In this document: positions 1 through 18,710 of the stretch, piece by piece
Numbering within the stretch: the first letter of the stretch is position 1
Layout: every line of letters starts with the position of its first letter
From: the human T2T-CHM13v2.0 reference genome, Homo sapiens
Assembly: GCF_009914755.1 (NCBI RefSeq)
Contig: NC_060930.1
Length of the DNA stretch: 64,000 nucleotides
Strand: one strand, 5' to 3'
Translations under genes and position numbers: made by a program
Notes under the pieces: generated by a model
What the model saw: only the letters and a program-made list of their open reading frames with translations
What the model was told of the DNA's origin: nothing
Databases searched by the model: none

Positions 1-292
1 ACAATGGCAATCTTGGAGGTAGAAAGGAAAAAAAAGATCTGGAGGAAAATGAAAATGCTATAAATAGACTCAGCTGATTTTATAAATCTGTCAAGGGCCA
101 TCTTTGTTTATGTGGTATCATTATAAATTAAAATTAACCCACCCACATTTTTTGAAGGCTAATTTTAGAAATCCAATAATTTTGGATATATTTTGTAATT
201 TTTAAAATATTCTCTAGGTACTATTTGAACATTATTCTAAAATAGTAGTAAACTATTGCTAAATTAGCTGATCATTACTTAAGAAATAATTC

Positions 293-598
<306 letters not shown>

Positions 599-791
599 TA
601 ACTGCAGTATATTACCTTATCCACAGATTACCTGTCTAATTGATGTGTAATACTTGTGTGCAGAGATAACATAAAACATTTTTTGAATAGTATTTAATGT
701 ACAAACAGTATAGTAAAGATAACGGACGTATTGCTTATCATCTTACCTAGTTTTTGCTGTATTTGCATATTGGAGTAGTTTTTTATTTTAA

Positions 792-1139
<348 letters not shown>

Positions 1140-1218
1140 TGAGGCATTTATATTATTTTGAATAAGAGACTTAAAGAAATAGTGAATTCTTGGTATTGAC
1201 AGTGGTTAATGACAATTA

Positions 1219-1516
1219 TTTGTTTTGTTTTGTTTTTGTGACAGGGTCTTGCTCTGTTGCCCAGGCTGGAGTGCAGTGGCGCGATCTTGGCTTACTGCAC
1301 TCTGCCTCTCGGGTTCAATCGATTTTCCTGCCTCAGCCTCCTGAGTAGCTGGGATTACAGGTGCGCACCACCACGCCTGGCTAATTTTTGTATTTGTAGT
1401 GGAGACGGGGTTTCACTATGTTGGCCAGGCTGGTCTCAAACTCCTGACCACAGGGGATCCACCCGCCTCGGCCTCCCAAAGCGCTTGGATTACAGGCGTG
1501 AGCCACCGTGCTCGGT
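1219..1516 (-). mobile_element. AluS
   Basis: Alu consensus in antisense; TSD TGACAATT. Confidence 0.93.
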
Positions 1517-2032
1517 TGACAATTCTTAAAACTGTGTTCTTATTTTAATGAACTAATTTTGTAATAAGTTTGAAAATTGAGAGAATAAGGTCATTTTATA
1601 ATAGTGATACCATAAAATAATTTTAACTATAATCTGAATTTGTTAGCCTCTTACACCTGAGGATTTTCTTCTTTTTAAAACTATGATTTGTTTATTGTTT
1701 TCTAAGCTAGATAAATGACACTTCTACTTTTCTGCAGTTTTAAAACTGATAACATTTTGAAAGATTGCCATGATAGGGTAGAGAGAACAGATGAGTTGTT
1801 GACTTGGAGAGGGACTAGAGGGAAGCACCTTTAATCAGGACCTTACAGCCAGGCTTTGTAACCACATTCATCTAGAGATGTTAAAAGTTATAGAATATAA
1901 TTATATTTGTTTTATTTAAGAATTATTGTCAATAGAGTTAAATTTTATTTTATTCAAAATAAGTTGATGTATGTGGCCAGGAGGTTAATTTGCATTCCCA
2001 ATCTGTTACCTTTGTTTATTATTAAATAATAG

Positions 2033-2599
<567 letters not shown>

Positions 2600-3366
2600 T
2601 TATCCTAGAGACCAAAGGCCAGTTTTTGAAGTGGTTATGGGAATGGACTTTGGAGCTAGGGAAGTGGGTTCAAATCCAAGATCAGTCACTGACAGAAATT
2701 GTGACATTGTACACATTATAGTGAGGAACTATGGGTCACAGTTGTCTCTCTGTAGAATGTGGATAAATAATAGTTGCAAGCATTTGACAGTTAATACATG
2801 TTAAAGCATTGTGAACACTGTGTAGATCAATAAATATTAATAATTGTTTTTATACCTAGGGGAAAGTCAAATGAAAATTCACTTAAAATGTTAAGTTTTA
2901 AAATATCATATAACTTTGTAGATACTGGAATTAATAAATTAGGATTAAGAGTCTCTCTCCACCCCTAGTTTTTAAAAAGTCCCATGTTGAGAATAAATTG
3001 CTCATGTATTTGAATTTCTGTTTGTCATGGCTTTCATAATATATCCTAAGCATAACCAAAACTTTAAATTCCTGACATCTGCTCTCTAGGTGTTAGTGTT
3101 AATGGGATGCCTAAGATACTCATGTGATGTTTGGGACACTAATATTTATAGTCATAGAGTTATGGAGCTGTGGTTCTTCTACCTTCTCTTGGTCTTGGGA
3201 AAGAGGCAAAATGGGGATGTGTTTGAAGCATTAATCATAATAGAGAAGAAAGTAGAGACTGAAGAGATCTGTGCTTAAGCAATTCTTTAGTAAAGAACTT
3301 GTATGGGGGCAGTTATGCTTTCCCTTTATTTTAAGTAATAAGGGGAGTGATCAAGTAAACAAGTGA

Positions 3367-3687
<321 letters not shown>

Positions 3688-4376
3688 TAAAATAATTTTA
3701 AAATTATTTGTATCGACTTTCATACTCAAGTGAATGAGATAATTGATTTTTCATCATATTATTAAATTGTTGACAAATAAGACTAAAATTTCACTAATGA
3801 GTACTCTATTAAGAAAATATATCAACCTTTACCCTGAAATTGTTTAAGAGTATAGTATATTAGGTAGACACCTAATTTCTAAATACCTGTCATCAAACAC
3901 TGGCATTGAAATAAGTGACTGTGTTATATAATGCAGTGTAATGTATTTGTAGTTGAGATTTTTCTAATGCAAAAAAATTTAATGTATTAAATATCCTGTC
4001 AGTTGAAATGAGAACTCTACTCTGCAATGCCTCAGAATAAATGAGTTTCCCTTTACAAGAAGGGAGGGTTAAATTCATTGAAATATTTTGGCTTCTTGGG
4101 TTTCTGAATTATCTCTAAGCACTCCACTATAGTGGAGTGTATAGGAATGTAGAAGCTCTTATTAAAAGTTGCAGAAAGGTTTAATAGATTCAGTTTAAAA
4201 AAATTTAGTATGTAGAGGCATTAATTATTTTGATTATTTATAATAACAAAACTAATTTGTAAGGTTCCTTTGTATGTAGGTATATATATGTTGTATATAT
4301 ACTGAGAGGCACATAGACACATGTAACCATGCTTTTCCGAGCTTAAAAGCAGTTTATGACAAAATATAGAGTACAA

Positions 4377-4391
4377 CCACTAGATGGCGAT
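4377..4391 (+). promoter_or_regulatory. Candidate CTCF site
   Basis: CCACTAGATGGCGAT matches the CTCF core. Confidence 0.5.
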
Positions 4392-4496
4392 GTTTCCTTG
4401 TGAAAGGATCAAACTGCAATGTAATGGAATATTTGGCAAAAAAACAAAAGACGGGGAAGGAAAAGGGCATATTGAGTTGCCTTCATGCTTTTTCTA

Positions 4497-4566
4497 TTAG
4501 GTTGGTGCGAAAATAATTGCGGTTTTTGCCATTGGGAAAACTGCAATAACTTTTGCACCCACCAAA
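4497..4566. mobile_element. MADE1 (Hsmar1-derived MITE)
   Basis: TTAGGTTGGTGCGAAAATAATTGCGGTTTTTGCC...CTGCAATAACTTTTGCACCCACCAAA inverted repeats flanked by TA. Confidence 0.85.
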
Positions 4567-5686
4567 TAGTATGTGATTGTATTGGGGAGCTCTGGGACTG
4601 CTTGTATATGAAAGTACATTGTATTGTAAATGAACTGAATATGGCTATATGAACAAAAGATGTTATAATTATTAAGCTCTTGGGTTTGAGTCCAATATTT
4701 GGGCTCTTTATTAAGATTTCACTGTAATTAAAATATTTTGGCCCAGATAGGGCTTTTATAAATGCAGACTCAGCTCAGCTGCTGTTCTGTTCCTTCCACC
4801 TGTGTTGCATCAGAATGATTGGGAGTCTTTATGTGTAACTGACTAGCCGCCTAGGGCAGGCTCTTAAACGAACCAAACTCTTACAGCTGCTATCCCTGAT
4901 GTCTGTGAGGAAGTACTGCAGTTGACAGAGTTGATTTTATTATGGCAGAAGTCAATTTCTAAGGGACTTGTTAATGGAGTCATTGTTGGTACTCATCATC
5001 AAGCTTTATATTTATGCACTTGAAATGTTAAGCTGTATCCAGTGCCATTCCATATACTGTATACAAGATACTGTCTCATATGTGGACCCCTTCCCATCTT
5101 CAGAAAGGTACATGTCTTCCAGGTTGAGAAGAGTGGATCGTTTAGGACCTTTAACATAAACAAGTTACCTGTAATTTAAATTAAGCAGAATTAGCTAGGT
5201 AATGGGACCATATTAAGTAATGAGGAGATATTCAAACCCTTATGACCTGAAAGGCAGAAGAGCTAGTTTTAGTTATGTGGTTCAGGCCTAGGGGTGGTAT
5301 GAAGAATGCCCTTCAAATCCTTTCTGTCAGCTCTCCAGGAAGCTTTCCCTGACCCTCAGGTCCTCATGAGCTCCTTCCCTTCTGGTCGTCGTGGTTATTT
5401 TATACTGTGAACTACAAGCATTAGCACTTCATTATGAATGATGTTCTATACAGATATCACATGTTTGATAGTTTAATCTTACTCCATGGGCTATAGCTAA
5501 ATGTTTTTGAATGTTTATTTTACCTTTGTTAGCACTGAGTTTTTTCTCTAACAAATTTATGAGTAAGAACTAAGTAAACTGTTCTTAATCTATAGCATGA
5601 TGTTGTTGGGTTCTATGCTGTGTTAAAAAATGTATATATTATAGATAGATTCTGCTTCAATAAGCAATTTTAAGTTACTTTTCCAG

Positions 5687-5713
5687 CTTGGATTCCTATC
5701 CGGTAACTTCTAA
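5687..5713 (+). CDS. MYO6: Myosin VI large-insert microexon 1 (27 nt, alternative)
   Basis: ttttccag|C acceptor, TAA|gtaaga donor; (S)LDSYPVTS(K), symmetric phase 2. Confidence 0.88.
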   Translation, partial: LGFLSGNF

Positions 5714-6103
5714 GTAAGAATTGTTTTCGATGTATGTCATATGTTCTGAAATATAATTTCAATCAATTACACATATGATTCTTGATGCAAAGAGATGGTT
5801 TCAAATTACCTAAAATTGTAAAATAATATCCAGATTCTATTAAAAACAAACCTCACAATATATGAATTTTCTAATCTAGATGTAATGTATTTGCTCTTTA
5901 ATTTTCACTGCATGCCTTATTTTCCAATCATTTTTAATGAATACTTAAAAATGTATTAAAATTCTGAGTGATCTCATGTTGATTACAAATAATTGAGTTT
6001 TTAAAATCAATGAGTAAAGTAATTGAAACACAAATTTGCACAATCCAGATTTTCACAGTTCACAATTGGTTACGATATTAACTAAAATATATTCTTTTCA
6101 CAG

Positions 6104-6133
6104 AAATGATGGAACAAGACCCAAAATGACACC
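6104..6133 (+). CDS. MYO6: Myosin VI large-insert microexon 2 (30 nt, alternative)
   Basis: ttttcacag|A acceptor, ACC|gtatgt donor; NDGTRPKMTP, phase 2. Confidence 0.93.
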
Positions 6134-6391
6134 GTATGTCACTTACCTTTACCTTTTTAAAAATAGGTTGTAGATACTTTTTGGGAGTAGTTTTCTCATT
6201 GGAGTAAATTTTAAATTATTTTCTTCTATTGAAAGGTAATGAGATAACCTTTTTCATATTTTTCTTGTCTAGGAAAGTTTAATGCTCTTGTATGGTGCTC
6301 AATCACAGTAGCTCATGATTTGGTTTCCTTCTTTGTATTGTCTGTTTAAACTATAATGTAACACCTATTTTGTTTTATGTATATATATGAA

Positions 6392-6688
<297 letters not shown>

Positions 6689-9245
6689 TGTTTTATGTAT
6701 TTTTTTTAAACTGCCCCTTACCTTACTTCTTTATAGAAGCAGGTGTGGAGGCATAAATAATAATAAAATATTTGATTTTCAGTATATATGGTAGTTCATT
6801 CTGCTATATCTAAAATAATTCATCATCTGAAATTGTATATGTAGTGCTAACTTTGGTGCTAATGTATCTTTTTCATATGAAAATCTACCCACAAAGAATC
6901 CAGGTAACATTTGGAATATACATTTTGTTTATATAAAATATAAAACATATTTTGTATGTATGTTATGTATACTACATATAAGGATTTTGGAATATATATA
7001 AAATCTTTATTTTAACAGCTTTAAGGACTCCAACTTAACATTTATGATGAGGATTCTCAACTCTATCAGGCTCCAGTCCCAATAACAATTTTTTAATAAA
7101 TGATGCAACCTATGTAAACAACTCTCCAAACAATATATGTAAAGGAGAAATACAAGGATAGTCATTTATAATAAAATGTTTATTTAATATGAAAGTGCTT
7201 CTGCATAACTGCAGTAGAAGACATGATAAGCGATCAGATGTTTTTGCTTACGTATAGAATCACCACGAATGCTGTATCTACAAATACAAATTGATATAGG
7301 AATGTTGTGTTGGGCATTCACATGCCATGAAATTGTGAACAATCCTTTGTGAAGTTCTGAACAGAGCCAAGTACAATATTCTCTCAATTACACAGTATTT
7401 GCGTAAGCCCTAGACAAATTCTGTGAATATTAAAGGCATGCAAAAAATACGTTGTTTACATGTATAACTTTGTTTACATGTAAAATATGTGTTTGTATGT
7501 GTTTTTCACCTCTGTATGTCTCACAGACATGTTAAAGTTAAATGGGGCATGGAGTAGTTCTTCCTTGGGTAGGACATTTGGCATTCCTTTCCCCTTACCT
7601 CAGCAGATGCCAGGAGTATACTCACACATTGTTGTTACCACAATACTGCCCCAAATTTTGAAAATATCTCTGAGTGGGCACTCTTGCCCTCCATTGCCAC
7701 AACTGCTTTATAGTTACCATTTGAGCTTGAATTAAATAAGCCCGCAATCAGTGTCTAAGGTGAAATTATATTTGCATATAGTTTGGTAAAATCAGAAGGA
7801 AGAAAGCACCTGGGTGCAGGAACCATTTCTGTCTGGCAAATTTGTTGCAGTGTATTGGTCTAGGTCAGGTGTATCTTGATGCAGGGTCAGGGAGGATAAT
7901 GCATCAGTAGAGATTGCCATCCATTGTAGTGTCAGAGCATGCAGAAAAACACCTGTGTGATCAACAGACCCAGTGGTAATGAGATTTGAAAGTCCATAGA
8001 CTCCCTTAAAACCTACCATGGGAAAAGAAATGGAGGAAGCTTTAGGAGAAAAAGATGGTAAAAACAGATGCTCTTGAATCCTGAGACAAAAACCTTGAGG
8101 TGGAGTGATAATAGAATTAAACATACTTATCAAAATCTGCTGCATTTAAAAGTGAGACGATTCTGAGAAACTACTAGCTTGAAGAGAGATTGATAAATGT
8201 ATTGCTCAAAAGATAATTTTTATTAGATTGTATTTGTGTTATATTTTGTTTTTGCTGTCCTTCACTGTCAGCTTTGAAAGATATCTTGTTCTCTGACTGT
8301 GCTTTCATAGACCTCCATCCATACATAATTGTAGACAGTGTTCATTACGAGAAAAGAGGAATACAGGAGTGCTCTACTCCTTTAGTCAGGGTCCCAGCTC
8401 TTGGCAGGCATTCAGGAAATTGCACCTGGAAGCAAGTACACCCATCTTCTTTTCTTATGATTTTACTGATTTGGAAGGGTTTGAGGTTACTAGAGTTTGA
8501 TGAGTAGAATGAATGAGAAAATAATTACGAAGGAAAAGAGCAAATAGGGAAATAAGTTAAAGAAGTGTTGATGAACACTATGAAACTTCATTCTGTTTTA
8601 AAGAATTAAACAAAATTTGATAAAAGTTACACTCTTCTGGGTAACAAAAGCAAAATAAGTTTTTTGCCTTTGGCAAATGTTTATCCCTGGAAAATCAGAA
8701 TGCCTGAGATCTTTCATTAGTCCATTTTGATATTCTTTTTCTTAAAAGCATGCTTTGATTTGGAATTTTTAGAGCTTTGAATACATCAGATTCTTTTTAA
8801 AACTCTGACGCTGTCAAATACATCAGCTTGTGGTTTTCACCATTGTGCCTTATCTAAGTAATATTTACTAAGCAACTCTGGTGCAAAAATCCTCATATGG
8901 AATCTATATCTTGCCAAGTTTCCTGTATGGATTTAGACCATGTTATTTGTATTCTATATGGAAAAGAATACCATAAAAGCTTTCCTGAGATTTTATCTAA
9001 AAGTTGCTACTGCAAAAATGGAGAGACATTCAAATAACTTGAACTGGATTTAAACAAAAATTTTTCTGTGTGTTACGGCTAGATTTGTTGAATAGTATAT
9101 TCTAGGCATTAACAAAGTAAAACAGTTATGAACAGTTGTTAAATAATATTGAAAATATATATTTTAATTATACTTTTAGATCTTTTAATTAATTTATGTA
9201 GTATGACTTTTATGTAACCATATTGTATTATCGTTTTTCTTGTAG

Positions 9246-9284
9246 GGAACAAATGGCCAAAGAAATGTCAGAATTTTTGAGTAG
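9246..9284 (+). CDS. MYO6: Myosin VI large-insert microexon 3 (39 nt; alpha2-linker of clathrin-binding long isoforms)
   Basis: ttcttgtag|G acceptor, TAG|gttagt donor; EQMAKEMSEFLSR, phase 2. Confidence 0.93.
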   Translation, partial: GTNGQRNVRIFE

Positions 9285-10825
9285 GTTAGTGCAGTGTAAT
9301 TGGGGGAAATAAGTGTTCACCTCAAAATCATATTTTTAAATTACTTTTGATTATTTGGACCAGAACCTGTTACATGAGTAGCCTAGTCTTTCTATGTAAA
9401 GTGATATTTCTTTCTGTACAAGAAATATCACTTCTCCCTCACCCCACCCAACAAAGAAAAAGTTAAAAACCAGTATTCCTTCAAAGTCATGGGGATACCA
9501 TTGGCATTTTGAATGGGACAGTTCCCTTGGCAGTGGAACTCTACTGCTTATCTCTGGCCTCCACCAACTCAGTCTCAGTAGGGGACTTCTTCCCCTCATC
9601 ATGACAAAATGAGTATTTTGCAACTCTCCCTGGGGTGGTGCTGCCCCTAATTTGGGCACCACTGTGCGTCGTTGAAGAGGAGGTAGAGGAAGAACATGAC
9701 TCTTGAGGGGCTCTGCACTGTGGCACATGGTTTGAAAACCACTGGTGTAAATTGAGCCACCAGCAGGATCTGGTCCATTACTTTTATAAATGGATATGAT
9801 TCACTAACATGTTAATTCTTAATTTTGAAGTTACAAAGATAATTAAAAGTGTTAATATATTAACACTTAAAAATCAGTTTGCTACTATTGTATTCTTTAC
9901 ATGATTGTCTTTATAGCAAGTCTGAATAATCAGCAAATTACCCCTTTACTATTTTAGTAACTCCAGAGATGGGGGTGGGGAAACATTTAAATGTGTTGCA
10001 TTGATGTACTTCTTTGGATGCTATGTTTTTTAGTAGATGTACTTTTGTTTGAGGTAATAGGAATGAAAAGTTAGGGATATTAAAACCATATTTTAAGCAA
10101 TAATCATTTGAATTTAATGTAATTTTTAAAAGTATCAAAACACATTTTACATATATTCTAATACCTTATATACATTCTGACAATTATAAAACTGTATATT
10201 ATGTCAATTTACCTCTTCTTTCAAAAGAAAAGATAACAACAAAAACAAAACTTAATAATTTTCAGCTGCCCTCCTAGAAAAGACTCCCAGAACAGCTTAA
10301 AAATAAAAGGATTTTTTTTGTTTATTGATTGGTAGTTTAGGGATGTAGAAAAGACAAATAATATTTGAATAAATATAAAAGCATAATTTATTGTTAAGGA
10401 AATGAGAGACCTTGCTGATACACAGCTGGCCATTTTTGAGCAAAGCAATTAAGACCAAAAAGCTACATGGAAAATTGCCACTTAGACCGCTTATGAAAAG
10501 TATAGATTCTGCAACAAAGCTAAAACAGATTTTAATCATAAAAATACAGGAAGGACTAATGGCCACACATTATTCTTTTTTTTTTTTTTTCTTCTGGAAC
10601 ATTTTTTTAAAAAAATTATTATTATACTTTAAGTTTTAGGGTACATGTGCACAATGTGCAGGTTAGTTACATATGTATACATGTGCCATGCTGGTGCGCT
10701 GCACCCACTAACTCGTCATCTAGCATTAGGTATATCTCCCAATGCTATCCCTCCCCCCTCCCCCCACCCTACAACAGTCCCCAGAGTGTGATGTTCCCCT
10801 TCCTGTGTCCATGTGTTCTCATTGT

Positions 10826-14641
<3,816 letters not shown>

Positions 14642-14704
14642 TATGATGTTAGCTGGTGATTTTGCTAGTTAGTTGATGCAGTTTCTTCCTAGTCTCGATG
14701 GTCT

Positions 14705-15721
14705 TTACATTTTGGCATGATTTTGCAGCGGCTGGTACCGGTTGTTCCTTTCCATGTTTAGCGCTTCCTTCAGGAGCTCTTTTAGGGCAGGCCTGGTGGT
14801 GACAAAATCTCTCAGCATTTGCTTGTCTGTGAAGTATTTTATTTCTCCTTCACTTATGAAGCTTAGTTTGGCTGGATATGAAATTCTGGATTGAAAATTC
14901 TTTTCTTTAAGAATGTTGAATATTGGCCCCAACTCTCTTCTGGCTTGTAGAGTTTCTGCCAAGAGATCCACTGTTAGTCTGATGGGCTTCCCTTTGAGGG
15001 TAACCCGACCTTTCTCTCTGGCTGCCCTTAACATTTTTTCCTTCATTTCAACTTTGGTGAATCTGACAATTATGTGTCTTGGAGTTGCTCTTCTCGAGGA
15101 GTATCTTTGTGGCGTTCTCTGTATTTCCTGAATCTGAATGTTGGCCTGCCTTGCTAGATTGGGGAAGTTCTCCTGGATAATATCCTGCAGAGTGTTTTCC
15201 AACTTGGTTCCATTCTCCCCGTCACTTTCAGGTACACCAGTCAGACATAGATTGGGTCTTTTCACATAGTCCCATATTTCTTGGAGGCTTTGTTCGTTTC
15301 TTTTTATTCTTTTTTCTCTAAACTTCCCTTCTTGCTTCATTTCATTCATTTCATCTTCCATCGCTGATACCCTTTCTTCCAGTTGATCGCATCAGCTCCT
15401 GAGGCTTCTGCATTCTTCACGTAGTTCTTGAGCCTTGATTTTCAGCTCTATCAGCTCCTTTAAGCACTTCTCTGTATTGGTTATTCTAGTTATACGTTCT
15501 TCTAAATTTTTTTCAAAGTTTTCAACTTCTTTGCCTTTGGTTTGAATGTCCTCCCGTAGCTCGGAGTAATTTGGTCGTCTGAAGCCTTCTTCTCTCAGCT
15601 CGTCAAAGTCATTCTCCGTCCAGCTTTGTTCCGTTGCTGGTGAGGAACTGTGTTCCTTTGGAGGAGGAGAGGCGCTCTGCTTTTTAGAGTTTCCAGTTTT
15701 TCTGCTCCGTTTCTTCCCCAT
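14705..15721 (-). pseudogene. L1 ORF1p broken by an in-frame TGA at codon 110
   Basis: MGKKRSRKTGNSK...SLRS* (stop 15392-15394, CGA>TGA-type change) continues CDQLEERVSAMEDEM...QNHAKM. Confidence 0.92.
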
Positions 15722-16170
15722 CTTTGTGGTTTTGTCTACTTTTGGTCTTTGATGATGGTGATGTGCAGATGGGTTTTTGGTGTGGATGTCCTTTCTGTTT
15801 GTTAGTTTTCCTTCTACAGACAGGACCCTCAGCTGCAGGTCTGTTGGAGTACCCGGCCGTGTGAGGTGTCAGTCTGCCCCTGCTGGGGGTGCCTCCCAGT
15901 TAGGCTGCTTAGGGGTCAGGGGTCAGGGGCCCACTTGAGGAGACAGTCTGCCTGTTCTCAGATCTCCAGCTGCGTCCTGGGAGAACCACTGCTCTCTTCA
16001 AGGCTGTCAGACAGGGACATTTAAGTCTGCAGAGGTTACTGCTGTCTTTTTGTTTGTCTGTGCCCTGCCCCCAGAGGTGGAGCCTACAGAGGCAGGCAGG
16101 CCTTCTTGAGCTGTGATGCTTCCCAGTTGGAGCTTCCCGGCTGCTTTGTTTACCTAAGCAAGCCTGGGCA

Positions 16171-16284
16171 ATGGCGGGCGCCCCTCCCCCAGCCTCACTG
16201 CCGCCTTGCAGTTTGATCTCAGACTGCTGTGCTAGCAAGAGACTCCGTGGGCGTAGGACCCTCCGAGCCATGTGCGGGATATAA
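16171..16284 (+). pseudogene. L1 ORF0 (antisense-promoter ORF), frameshifted to 37 aa
   Basis: MAGAPPPASLPPCSLISDCCAS, then a 5-nt deletion giving KRLRGRRTLRAMCGI*. Confidence 0.8.
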
Positions 16285-17267
16285 TCTCCTGGTGCGCCAT
16301 TTTTTTAAGCCCGTCGGAAAAGCGCAGTATTCGGGTGGGAGTGACCCAATTTTCCAGGTGCCGTCTGTCACCCCTTTCTTTGACTAGGAAAGGGAACTCC
16401 CTGACCCCTTGCTCTTCTGGAGTGAGGCAATGCCTCGCCCTGCTTTGGCTGGCGCACGGTGCGCGCACCCACTGACCTGCGCCCACTGTCTGGCACTCCC
16501 TAGTGAGATGAACCTGGTACCTCAGATGGAAATGCAGAAATCACCCGTCTTCTGCGTCGCTCACGCTGGGAGCTGTACATCAGAGCTGTTCCTATTCGGC
16601 CATCTTGGCTCGTGCCTCCACATTATTCTTTAGCTAGTCTTATATGTAACTAAGAATCACTATGTCAAAGAATTTTAAGTATGTAGGATGAAGTATGCTA
16701 TTTTTTATTTTCTAGAATGAAAGCATACAGAGACCTTTTAAAGAAGCAAGGGCACCTTATTTATTTCATTGTTAAGCTTAGTATTGAAAGAATAATTTCC
16801 TTTACTTCAGGAAGAAAGTGACATATTCTCAGACATCATTTTTCAATTAAGTATGTGTCTTCACTGCTTGCCAGGATGGCTGTTATCTTTCAAAATGTAA
16901 AAGACTGAGAAAATACATGTTTATTTTCAGGTATTATATCTTGATCAATCCTCTTTAAGAGGAAGTATATTTTAGGTAGTAGGTGGATAATGGAGAATTT
17001 CCTTGTGTCACACCTAAGAAGCAATATTTTTGTTCTTTAAAGTTAGTTAGTTTAATATTTTGTGCCACCTTCTTTTCATGTCTTGAAATGTGATGTATTT
17101 AAACGCTTCTCTTGTTACCTTGAGCTTAAAGTCTTGCAGCTTATTCTGAGTGTCTGCTATTTGCAAGTGTAATCTTTTGCTGAAAAATAAGTTTATTATT
17201 ACAGAAAAGAAATTGTTCCCATATTTTCTGATTAATGATCTCAAATTATATGCATAAAAGTCTTAAA

Positions 17268-17645
<378 letters not shown>

Positions 17646-18422
17646 TCATTTTATTGACTGCTTTGGATTTTATTTCTTTCCTCTTTCCCCATATGTGCTA
17701 CTAAATGAGTCATGATACAGCACTTGTGCCCTTTGAAATCTCTGTTATTTACCTCATGAGCTAAAACCTCTTGAATTTACTAGTTTTCTTATTACTTATG
17801 AGGGTGTGTTTTTTGTGTGCTTATAGAACTTTTCTAAGTGTTCTTATAGCAGTGAAGCCTACAAAGTAAGAGTTTCCAGATTCCATCCGTTCTTTTAGCT
17901 GACTTGAATGACTCTAATGCAGTGGGTTGCAGGTTTGGCTACTTACCTATGTACTCTGTAAACATCCAGAGGCCCAGGGATATTCTGAGCCACTGTGTGT
18001 GAATGGAGTTTGGCCATCTGTAGATTTCCGCAGTCTCTCCAGGTGATCGCACTGTGCAGCCTCATTGCTCATAAACAAAACTTTAATATGCTTTTAATGA
18101 TCTTTCAAGTGTGTTGAGGATTTCTTTCTTGATTTTGAGGAATATATGTCAGTATATTTTTCAACTTTAAGTGTTCGTATATATATTAGTAAAAACATTG
18201 AAACTGAAGTCTGGGGGAAGTTTGTGGAACTAGAATATTAGAATCAAAAGTTTGGATTTAAAATCTAATGTGACTATCGAGTGGCATGCTGGAAATTTTT
18301 AATTTATTTGGCCATCTTTTAGTATGCCATTCTTAATCTCATCTGTCAAAGAAACAAAAATTATGTTTTTCTAGTAGCTGTTTCCGGTTTTCAAACTTAT
18401 GCATGCTTTCTTGCCTCTTTAG

Positions 18423-18620
<198 letters not shown>

Positions 18621-18656
18621 TAGTGATAGGTGATAAATACCTAGATTAGGGTGAGG

Positions 18657-18663
18657 TGTGTGT

Positions 18664-18706
<43 letters not shown>

Positions 18707-18710
18707 TATG
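18657..18710 (+). repeat. (TG)n microsatellite
   Basis: interrupted TG run ~75 nt downstream of a MYO6 donor. Confidence 0.95.

Noticed and set aside
7792-8145. 117-aa minus-strand ORF between large-insert exons
   Set aside because: No homology or splice/promoter support
9847-9868. 22-bp palindrome AAGTGTTAATATATTAACACTT
   Set aside because: Very AT-rich, so plausible by chance in this intron
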